A stretch of DNA of 64,000 bases from positions 13,437-77,436 of the forward strand of contig JBDLIM010000007.1 in assembly GCA_039714915.1 (NCBI GenBank), written 5' to 3'. The notes under the pieces are model-generated. The model was not told the DNA's origin. It did not search any database and saw only the letters and a program-made list of their open reading frames with translations. This stretch comes from Bacteroidota bacterium. Lineage in GTDB: Bacteria > Bacteroidota > Bacteroidia > Bacteroidales > GCA-2748055. Made by a program: the position numbers and the translations under genes. Positions 53,733-61,621 of this stretch are shown piece by piece; the first letter of the stretch is position 1, and each line of letters starts with the position of its first letter.

Positions 53733-55256
53733 TTAATTGTTTACAGCTGGAGCATCGGGTTCACAAACTACCCTGAATCCCACGGACATGCAATCGGAAT
53801 ACCACCAGACGCTTTTTGGGATCTGGGGATCGGTCTTCATCCAGGGTTCTGTTTTTGTAATATTCCGGGATGCACAACGGACAAAATCAGCAGTTTCCAT
53901 AAAGGAGCCACCTCTGATCACATGTTCTTCTCCGGACGCTGGCCCGCTGGGATTTAAAACGGTTCCCTCAGGATATTGGGAATAGGCATCAGCTGCATAC
54001 CAGTCTGAACAGAACTCGGCCACATTCCCAAGCATATTGATCAGTCCAAAGGGATTCTCCCTGATCTGATCCGGACCGGCAGTTCGGGCCATGCTGTTTT
54101 CACTATAATAAATGTAACTGTTAATTCCGAAAGTATCCACACCAAATAGTTTATTTCTGATGCCTTTATTCACATATCGCTTCGGATCACCCTCGAAGAA
54201 ATAAGCTGAATTGGTACCACCCCTGGCAGCATATTCCCATTCAGCTTCTGTAGGCAGCCTGTAGGTTTTCCCTGTAATCTTTGTCAGCCACCGGCAATAT
54301 ACTTCAGCGGCATGATGGGTCATAGTAATGGCCGGCCTTCTGCCTTTGCCCCAGCCCTGATCAGGAGCGCCATAGGGAGGAGTGGGCCCCGAGATTGCAT
54401 CCACATCTCCCAGGTCCGTTTGGATAAAAGTATCTGTGGTTTTTATCTGAGATTCTGTCTGTTTAAAGAAGGCAAGGTACTCATTCCACGATACTTCAAT
54501 CTGAGCCATAAAGAAGGAATTAACCTCTACTTCCCTCACTGGTCCTTCATCGTCCTTTCGGAAGGGCTCATCCTCAGGGCTGCCCATCTGGAAGGTGCCT
54601 CCTGGGATGGCTATCATTTCAAAACTTACATTGGAGCCGGGAATATACTCTGTAAAGCTATTGAAGCCTTCCACTACTCCCGGTTCTGTATAGATTTCAG
54701 TGTCCTCCACTTCGGCAATTCCAAAATCGGTATTCTTTGCATGCAGCCGGTCCGGATCATAATGGCCAACTGTGATATGGCAATTGATGCAGTGCAGGTC
54801 ACCCTCCTGTTGTTCGTAATAAAGATGTGCCTCTCTTCCTTCAGCTGTCAGGCCCAAGGGGAAATTATTCTGGTGACAATGGATACAGGCAGCTTCGAAG
54901 CTGTGGTTTTTAGCGTATTCAATCCGGGATTTTAATTCCCAGTTGAAACTCTCCGGATCTTTAAATAACTTTCCCCAGAGATCGCGAAGACCGGTACGCG
55001 TCTTTTCTGCCAGGTATCCTTCGCCATGGGGAGGTAAATGACAGTCCACACAGTGTACATGGATTCCATGTTTATTATCATGGTGCGTGGAAAGCTTCCA
55101 GCTCTGGGTAGAGTGGGGATGGATATGGCACGAGGCACAGAAATCATCTGTGGAGGTGGCTGATATTGCCTTATTTCCAAAAAAGATGATCCCTGCAGTT
55201 AACACCACCCCGGTAAGGAAGAGCAGCCTGCCAGTATTTGTGCTTTTTAGTCTCAT
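53733..55256 (-). CDS. Fusion protein: NapC/NirT-type membrane-anchored tetraheme cytochrome c plus an FGE/SUMF1-like (sulfatase-modifying-factor fold) domain
   Basis: 507 aa with an N-terminal TM anchor and four CxxCH motifs in the first ~165 aa (CASCH, CVDCH, CIHCH, CINCH). The C-terminal ~300 aa carry FGE-family motifs (IPGGTFQMGSPEDE, VSWNEYLAF, YRLPTEAEWEYAARGG, GNVAEFCSDWY, IRGGSF). Confidence 0.8.
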   Translation of the reverse strand: MRLKSTNTGRLLFLTGVVLTAGIIFFGNKAISATSTDDFCASCHIHPHSTQSWKLSTHHDNKHGIHVHCVDCHLPPHGEGYLAEKTRTGLRDLWGKLFKDPESFNWELKSRIEYAKNHSFEAACIHCHQNNFPLGLTAEGREAHLYYEQQEGDLHCINCHITVGHYDPDRLHAKNTDFGIAEVEDTEIYTEPGVVEGFNSFTEYIPGSNVSFEMIAIPGGTFQMGSPEDEPFRKDDEGPVREVEVNSFFMAQIEVSWNEYLAFFKQTESQIKTTDTFIQTDLGDVDAISGPTPPYGAPDQGWGKGRRPAITMTHHAAEVYCRWLTKITGKTYRLPTEAEWEYAARGGTNSAYFFEGDPKRYVNKGIRNKLFGVDTFGINSYIYYSENSMARTAGPDQIRENPFGLINMLGNVAEFCSDWYAADAYSQYPEGTVLNPSGPASGEEHVIRGGSFMETADFVRCASRNITKTEPWMKTDPQIPKSVWWYSDCMSVGFRVVCEPDAPAVNN

Positions 55257-55449
55257 TGTCAGGTGGGTTAAAGAAAGTGATTTTTGCCCTCAGATTCAAA
55301 TATGATGTTTGCTGTACACTTATTTAAACAGATTCTACACGACATCTGGAAATTAGCCAGTAACCTTAGTTTTATTTTTCCGTAGATAGCAGAAGAGTGC
55401 AGAATGTAAAATGAAACAGCTTGTTTGTTGCATCCCAGCAAAAAATCGC

Positions 55450-55457
55450 TAGGTTTG
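55450..55457 (+). promoter_or_regulatory. Candidate -7 promoter element TAGGTTTG upstream of the methyltransferase/kinase operon
   Basis: It matches TAnnTTTG and lies 44 nt upstream of the ATG at 55501. Confidence 0.35.
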
Positions 55458-55500
55458 TAAACTTTAACATAATTAACAAATCTTTAATGATCCTTTAGTT

Positions 55501-56406
55501 ATGCAAAGCAAACAAACAGCCATGACCCTCAATCAACTCTCAAAAGAAGATCGTAATTTTCTAAATACACTTGTTGAAAAGGGAGGCCCTGAGCCCAATG
55601 AATACAAAGAATTCACGGCCATAGTAAACAACCTGGAAGACCAGGAACTGGAACATTTCAGAAATGTAATCCGGGAATCTCTCAATGAGAATACACTGAT
55701 CGGGCATGGATTTGTTAAACCCTATGGGTATCCCGGTGATTTTACCATTATTCACAATATATATAAGGAGTATGTAAATCCTGATGGGAAGTATAGCAAC
55801 TGGGATCGTTTTTTTCAGGATCAGGCCGGGGCACAGGCTGTGCGTAACAGGAAAGACTATTTTTTAAAACGCTGTGCAGAGATTGACAAAAAGGCAGATA
55901 AGGATAAGCATGTCCTGATCCTTGGATCTGGTCCGGCCACAGATGTGAATGAGTACCTTAAGAAGAATCCGAAAAGCAGGATTAAGTTTGATCTGGTCGA
56001 TTTTGATCAGAACGCCATCGATTTTTCCAGGATGCAGAATGAATCTTTTAAAGACGCCATTAACTATTATAAAATCAATGTACTGAGATTTAAACCCTAT
56101 CAGTGGTATGACCTGATCTGGAGTGCGGGTCTCTTCGATTACTTCAAGGACAAGCACTTTGTTTATATGGTTAATAAGTACTACAAGTACCTTACTGAGG
56201 GAGGCGAATTTATCATTGGTAATTTCTCTCACAGCAATCCAACCAAAAGGCTGATGGAAGTACTTTCTGACTGGTACCTGGTTCACAGGTCAAAGAATGA
56301 CCTGGTCAGGATGGCCCTGGAGGCTGAAGCTTCCAAAGAGCTGGTGGAAGTTGAAATGGAAGAACTTGGAGTAAATCTGTTCCTTAGAATTAAAGCAGCA
56401 TCATGA
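55501..56406 (+). CDS. Class I SAM-dependent methyltransferase, PhcB-like candidate
   Basis: 301 aa with SAM motif I (VLILGSGPATDV), post-I LVDFDQNAI, and WSAGLFDYF...LTEGGEFIIGNF. The N-terminal region has KPYGYPGDFTIIHNIY and AQAVRNRKDY. From memory these are characteristic of the methyltransferase family annotated as 3-hydroxypalmitate methyl ester (extracellular factor) biosynthesis proteins. Confidence 0.75.
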   Translation: MQSKQTAMTLNQLSKEDRNFLNTLVEKGGPEPNEYKEFTAIVNNLEDQELEHFRNVIRESLNENTLIGHGFVKPYGYPGDFTIIHNIYKEYVNPDGKYSNWDRFFQDQAGAQAVRNRKDYFLKRCAEIDKKADKDKHVLILGSGPATDVNEYLKKNPKSRIKFDLVDFDQNAIDFSRMQNESFKDAINYYKINVLRFKPYQWYDLIWSAGLFDYFKDKHFVYMVNKYYKYLTEGGEFIIGNFSHSNPTKRLMEVLSDWYLVHRSKNDLVRMALEAEASKELVEVEMEELGVNLFLRIKAAS

Positions 56407-56407
56407 G

Positions 56408-58390
56408 ATGAATCTTTCCTCCGTATTTAAAGGGAACCTCTTTGGGATGCCAACCCCAGGTCGGGACGACTGGAAGCTGAACAGGATTACCCTGGCTTTC
56501 AGTGGGGAGATCAGCCAATATGAGAGTGATTTCAGGGACGATTATTTCAATCGATCCATCGATCCCATGAGATTCTCCCTGATTCTCTCCATCTTCTTTT
56601 TTGGAATTTTCGCCTTTCTGGATGCTGTTCTCTTGCCTGAACTGAAGAACATGTTCTGGTTCATCAGGTTTGGGATCATTACTCCTTTGCTTATTGCAGT
56701 GATTGGATTCTCGCTAAGTCGCGGTTTCAAAAAGTTCATGCAGCCTGTGCTGTCAGCCACCATGTACCTGACGGGCCTTTCCATTATCGTAATGATCATT
56801 TTTGCTGCAAATGTAGCTGAACATTACACCTATTATGCCGGACTGATCCTCATTTTCATCATTGGTTATACCTTTATAAAGGCCAGGTTCATCTATGCGA
56901 CAGTGGTGGGCTGGTCCATTGTCGCAAGCTATGAAGTAGCGGCTATATGGCTTTCAGATACACCCATTGAAATTCTCATAAACAATAACTTTTTCTTTAT
57001 CAGCGCCAATGTGATTGGTATGTTTATCTCCTATTTCATGGAGCAGTCGGTTCGAAGGGATTTTTACATGCGTATCCTCCTGGAAAAAGAGCAGGAAAAA
57101 GTGAAGGCTGCCAACAATGCACTGGAAAAAAGCGTTCAGGAAAGAACGCGTCAGCTTACCCTGGCCAATAAAGACCTGAAAAAGGAGATAGAAATTCGTA
57201 AACACCACGAGAAGGAAAAAACCAAGTTGGAAGGTCAGTTGCTTCAGTTGCAAAAAATGGAAACTATTGGAACGCTTGCAGGTGGTATAGCACATGATTT
57301 CAATAACATTCTTACACCCATACTCGGATATACAGAGATGGCCCTTGAAGAACTGTCGGATGAGAGTGTTCTGCGTTATGACATTGAACAAATCAACAGT
57401 GCTGCCATCCGTGGAAAGGACCTGGTTCAGCAAATCCTTACCTTCAGCCGGCAGATGGATTTTGATAAGAAACCAATTAAACTGGATGATGTGGTCAGGG
57501 AGGTACTGAAGCTTATCAGAGCATCCTTCCCTTCAAGTATTGAGATCAAGCAGGACCTTGATTCCAACTGTGGGACGGTGCTGGCAGATTCGACACAAAT
57601 GCACCAGATTATCATGAACCTGTGTACAAATGCGTACCATGCCATGTCGAATACCGGGGGTGTGCTGAGTGTAAGCCTGGATAAGCAATCGGTTAGCCCA
57701 CGTCAGATCGGTGGATCGGTAAAGATACAGAAAGGCATATATGTCAGGCTGATTATAGCAGATACAGGTCATGGCATGGACAAAAGGACCATCGAAAGGA
57801 TCTTTGAACCCTTCTTTACAAAGAAGGAGGTTGGATCTGGTTCGGGTCTTGGCTTATCAGTGGTACATGGTATAGTGAGTAATAATAACGGTGCCATTGA
57901 AGTGGAAAGCGAACCCGGGAAGGGATCTAAATTCATTATTTACCTTCCCCAGCATTCCGAACACCAGGATTCGGAGGGGGATGTATCTCAAAAAGCAAAG
58001 AAGGGCAAGGGAAACATATTGTTTGTGGACGATGAAAAGGAAATCACCTTTATGGGTAAACGGATGCTGGAAAGCCTGGGCTATAATGTGGATATAAAAA
58101 CAGACAGTCAGACTGCTCTCCAGGATTTCAAAAAGAATCCTGAAAAGTACGATCTCCTGGTAACCGATCAGGCCATGCCCAGGATGACAGGAACTGAACT
58201 GATCGGTGAAATTAAACAGATTCGTCCCGACCTGAAGACCATCATTATTACAGGATACCAGGATTCAATTCCGGTGAATGCCACAGAACAGTACGGAATA
58301 ACAAATATAATCTCTAAACCACTTATTCTGAGCGAGTTCAGCGATCTCATCCGGACTGTTCTTAGCCAGGATATTAAAAAGGCTTCATAA
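56408..58390 (+). CDS. Hybrid sensor histidine kinase (polytopic membrane sensor, HisKA, HATPase_c, C-terminal receiver)
   Basis: 660 aa with about 6 TM segments in residues ~50-210 and a coiled coil. It has the H-box GGIAHDFNNILTPILGY, an N-box NLCTNAYHAM, G-boxes DTGHGM / GSGSGLGLS, and a receiver ILFVDDE...LLVTDQAMPRMTG. Its start is 1 nt after the methyltransferase stop. Confidence 0.9.
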   Translation: MNLSSVFKGNLFGMPTPGRDDWKLNRITLAFSGEISQYESDFRDDYFNRSIDPMRFSLILSIFFFGIFAFLDAVLLPELKNMFWFIRFGIITPLLIAVIGFSLSRGFKKFMQPVLSATMYLTGLSIIVMIIFAANVAEHYTYYAGLILIFIIGYTFIKARFIYATVVGWSIVASYEVAAIWLSDTPIEILINNNFFFISANVIGMFISYFMEQSVRRDFYMRILLEKEQEKVKAANNALEKSVQERTRQLTLANKDLKKEIEIRKHHEKEKTKLEGQLLQLQKMETIGTLAGGIAHDFNNILTPILGYTEMALEELSDESVLRYDIEQINSAAIRGKDLVQQILTFSRQMDFDKKPIKLDDVVREVLKLIRASFPSSIEIKQDLDSNCGTVLADSTQMHQIIMNLCTNAYHAMSNTGGVLSVSLDKQSVSPRQIGGSVKIQKGIYVRLIIADTGHGMDKRTIERIFEPFFTKKEVGSGSGLGLSVVHGIVSNNNGAIEVESEPGKGSKFIIYLPQHSEHQDSEGDVSQKAKKGKGNILFVDDEKEITFMGKRMLESLGYNVDIKTDSQTALQDFKKNPEKYDLLVTDQAMPRMTGTELIGEIKQIRPDLKTIIITGYQDSIPVNATEQYGITNIISKPLILSEFSDLIRTVLSQDIKKAS

Positions 58391-58776
58391 TGGCTAGAAT
58401 TTTAGTAATTGACGATGAGCCTCATATTCTTCTTATGGTAAAGAAGATGCTGGAACGGACAGGCTATAAAGTGGACATTGCATCCAATGGGAGTGAAGGA
58501 CTCCGGCTCTTTGAGATCATCAATCCTGATCTTGTTATTACGGATATCATTATGCCTGAAAAAGAGGGTTTAGAGACTATCCGGGCGATGAAAAAGAGGA
58601 GCAAGGATTTGAAAATCATCGCCATGTCGGGGGGAGGAAAAATATCGGCAGATAATTACCTGGAGACTGCCAGGGTTTTTGGAGCAGCCAGGTTAATAGA
58701 GAAACCTTTCTCACAGAAACTTTTACTTTCGTACGTGGAAGAATTATTAGGACCCGGGGATAAGCAGCAGGGCTGA
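58390..58776 (+). CDS. Single-domain response regulator (CheY-like receiver only)
   Basis: 128 aa with RILVIDDEPHIL, DLVITDIIMPEKEG and IIAMSGGG. It has a TAATG overlap with the kinase stop. Confidence 0.9.
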   Translation: MARILVIDDEPHILLMVKKMLERTGYKVDIASNGSEGLRLFEIINPDLVITDIIMPEKEGLETIRAMKKRSKDLKIIAMSGGGKISADNYLETARVFGAARLIEKPFSQKLLLSYVEELLGPGDKQQG

Positions 58777-59511
58777 TAGCAGCGTTGTAGCTATTACAAT
58801 TATTCGGAATACCTTTTCCGGCAGAAGCTTCACTACCCATATTCCCAGAAACGCTCCTGCGGCTATGGCAGGTATCATAAATACATCCAGCAAAAAAGAC
58901 TCCTTGTTAATCGTATTCCATGACCAGATGTGAAGCGGTACCTTGGAAAGGTTTATGATAAAGAAGAACCAGGCCCCTGTTCCGATGAAGATGTTTTTAG
59001 GTAGTCTCATGGAGAGCAGGTAGAGAGCCATCACCGGACCGGCAGCATTTCCAATCATAGTAGCAAAGCCTCCAAGCAGACCCAGTCCGGCAGCAAACCA
59101 CCTGGATTCGGGGATATCCAGTTTCCCTGACCTGATATCCCGCCATGCTAGTATGATGATTCCGACAATGACCATGGCAGCCAGGAGCCGGTTAAAAGAG
59201 CTGTCTGAAATGCTCTTTCCCACAAATGTGGCTAGCAGAATTCCTCCTATTGCCCAGGGCAGAAGACGGAGTATATGTTTCCACTGTGCATGCCGGTTGT
59301 ACCAGGTAACTGCAAATACATCAGCAAAGATCAGTATAGGCAACAGCAGTCCCACCGACGGGCGTCCTCCGAAGGCATTGGCAAGAAGGGGTACCACCAT
59401 CAGTCCTACTCCGGATAGACCGGTCTTTGCCATGCCTATAAGCAAACCACTGACTGCCAGCAATACCCATTGCAGAGTAGTCAGATCGTATGACTGGATA
59501 AGATCTGTCAA
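58747..59511 (-). CDS. TauE/SafE-family anion (sulfite) exporter-like membrane protein
   Basis: 254 aa with the duplicated 4-TM pattern GLLIGMAKTGLSGVGLMVVPLL ... GLLGGFATMIGNAAGPVMALYLL. The only possible start is a TTG. The 3' end overlaps the response-regulator gene by 30 nt in convergent orientation. Confidence 0.75.
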   Translation of the reverse strand: MTDLIQSYDLTTLQWVLLAVSGLLIGMAKTGLSGVGLMVVPLLANAFGGRPSVGLLLPILIFADVFAVTWYNRHAQWKHILRLLPWAIGGILLATFVGKSISDSSFNRLLAAMVIVGIIILAWRDIRSGKLDIPESRWFAAGLGLLGGFATMIGNAAGPVMALYLLSMRLPKNIFIGTGAWFFFIINLSKVPLHIWSWNTINKESFLLDVFMIPAIAAGAFLGIWVVKLLPEKVFRIIVIATTLLSALLLIPGS

Positions 59512-59517
59512 AATGAA

Positions 59518-60363
59518 TTAGAGATGTGCTGCGTAAGCAACCAGGCTTTGCCAGTATTTCGAAAAAGGATTTTCGTTGTCCTTCCCGGCAAGTTCGGCAT
59601 AGGCTATGGTGTTATCCGGTGAGCAATCCAGATAAGCACTCATCCATTCCTTCCAGTTACAGGTAAAGAGCATTTTACTGTTGACCTCAGTGACAGCCAT
59701 CATGTTGGAGAGGATGGTCACTTGAGTGGCCTTATTCTCTCTGTACTCAAGGGGCATGAAAATACCCACCGATTCGATTGCTTCTAATTCCGCTTCCATT
59801 TGACTCATCCCTTCTCCAAAATGATAAGGCATATCCACGGCAGGGATCATGCCGCTTGAAAAACCATGAGGAAAGATTTCACCGAAAGAAAAAGCTTTCA
59901 GAAGATCACTCAGGATCAATGGTTCCTTCCCCGATACCAGGGCAGGTTTTCTGGATTGCACAGTACCCCTGTATGAATCATCAATTCTGATTATCCCTTT
60001 TACAGGGATATGCATATGCAGGGCGGTGGAAAGAATGATGTTGTTAAATTCGGTAAATAGTTTGAATACCACACTGTTCAGGTCTGCAAGGTCTTCCTCA
60101 AAATAAAGCTTTGAAGAGAGAAACATCCGCTTGGAGAAATTCAGAAATTCAGGTTCAATGACCCGGAATCCCCATGAATAATTCTTCTTTCGGGTGTTAT
60201 AGATTTCCTGAGCAATCCGCTCGTAAAAGACCTGTATGGTTGAAATTTCTCCCTTATTTATAAGGTCGTGGAACCCGAGGATTTCAATGGTCGAAATTAC
60301 CCGGGATTGAGGCTGAACGGGATCATTTACAGGTGTGAATGCACTTTTAGTTGATTTCGTCAT
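59518..60363 (-). CDS. Hypothetical cytoplasmic protein, no family recognised
   Basis: It is a 281-aa ORF with ordinary composition and an ATG start, 6 nt upstream of the TauE-like gene. There are no motifs I can assign. Confidence 0.5.
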   Translation of the reverse strand: MTKSTKSAFTPVNDPVQPQSRVISTIEILGFHDLINKGEISTIQVFYERIAQEIYNTRKKNYSWGFRVIEPEFLNFSKRMFLSSKLYFEEDLADLNSVVFKLFTEFNNIILSTALHMHIPVKGIIRIDDSYRGTVQSRKPALVSGKEPLILSDLLKAFSFGEIFPHGFSSGMIPAVDMPYHFGEGMSQMEAELEAIESVGIFMPLEYRENKATQVTILSNMMAVTEVNSKMLFTCNWKEWMSAYLDCSPDNTIAYAELAGKDNENPFSKYWQSLVAYAAHL

Positions 60364-60436
60364 TTACCGAATTTTACAGCTACCAAAAAGTATACGCAAT
60401 TAGCATTATAATGTTACTCATGTGTTCATTACAGAA

Positions 60437-61552
60437 TCAGATCCGGATAAAAATCTTTTTCCTGTACATGATCAGAGCAGGAATGAAAATAATAAGCATG
60501 TAGATTAGCGCATAGAGCATGGACGAAAATTTAGGATCAAAACCCACCTGGGTCGTTCCGCTCATAAACCATTCATTTAATGAGGATCCTCCAATTTTTA
60601 ATCTGTAAAACACAAGGGTGAGCATACCCGCCAGTACATAGGATGTGATGGCATTGGCTCCGTACACTCTGCCCAGAAAGGTCCATTTTTTATATCCCCA
60701 GATGTCGACAATCAATATGCACGCAGCAAGACCCAGGGTTCCCAGACCGGCAGTATACAAAACATAAGAGCTGGTCCAGATGTTCTTATTGATGGGAAAA
60801 ATCCAGTTCCATAAACCACCTGCCAGAAACATGGAAAATCCAATGAAGAAGAGCCATACCAGCTTTTTATTCTCATCCTTTACCGTCAGGTAAAGTTTCC
60901 CGATGAGCATGCCTATAATCCCTGTAACGATGGCCGGAAATGTACTCAGGATTCCTTCAGGATCCCAGGTTTCCTGATACATGACCCCTGGTAATATAAG
61001 CGTATCCAAATGATTGGCCCAGTTGACGGCCGGAATGGACAGGTCAGGTTTGCCTATTCCGGGAATGGGGATGTAGGCCACAATGATCCAGTACAAGACC
61101 AGAATAATGGCTCCAATCCTGATTTGTTGTTTCCAGTTTGTATTTAGAAATATAAGCGCACAGGCCAGGAAAACGAAAGCTATTCGGTGGAGTACCCCCA
61201 CCCAGCGCATGGAACTGAAATCAAATTCGGGGAAGAGCACGAGAAAAAGCCCCAGCAGGTATATATTCACTGATCTGATGATGATCTTCCTGTAAATGCT
61301 TTTCCGGGAAACATTGGCTTCCAGTCTTTTCGTGTAGGCCAGTGCAATGGAAACTCCCACAATAAACAGGAAGAAAGGGAAAATCAGATCAGTGATGGTG
61401 CAGCCATTCCATTCAGCATGTCTGAGAGGCCGGTACACATGTTGCCAGCTGCCGGGATCATTGACGATTACCATGGCCGCTATGGTGAATCCCCTGAGTG
61501 CATCAAGGGCAATCAAACGTTTGGATTTTGCCGGAGAAGAAGATTCTGTCAT
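60437..61552 (-). CDS. Heparan-alpha-glucosaminide N-acetyltransferase-like (DUF5009/DUF1624) membrane acyltransferase
   Basis: 371 aa, polytopic. The N-terminal motif RLIALDALRGFTIAAMVIVNDPGSW is typical of the HGSNAT-like family. Confidence 0.75.
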   Translation of the reverse strand: MTESSSPAKSKRLIALDALRGFTIAAMVIVNDPGSWQHVYRPLRHAEWNGCTITDLIFPFFLFIVGVSIALAYTKRLEANVSRKSIYRKIIIRSVNIYLLGLFLVLFPEFDFSSMRWVGVLHRIAFVFLACALIFLNTNWKQQIRIGAIILVLYWIIVAYIPIPGIGKPDLSIPAVNWANHLDTLILPGVMYQETWDPEGILSTFPAIVTGIIGMLIGKLYLTVKDENKKLVWLFFIGFSMFLAGGLWNWIFPINKNIWTSSYVLYTAGLGTLGLAACILIVDIWGYKKWTFLGRVYGANAITSYVLAGMLTLVFYRLKIGGSSLNEWFMSGTTQVGFDPKFSSMLYALIYMLIIFIPALIMYRKKIFIRI

Positions 61553-61621
61553 GGTAGCTTTTGTTGGAGGTTTTTGTAGATTTGCTGATGCACTAAACTA
61601 CTAAAGAAAAGCATAATTGCC

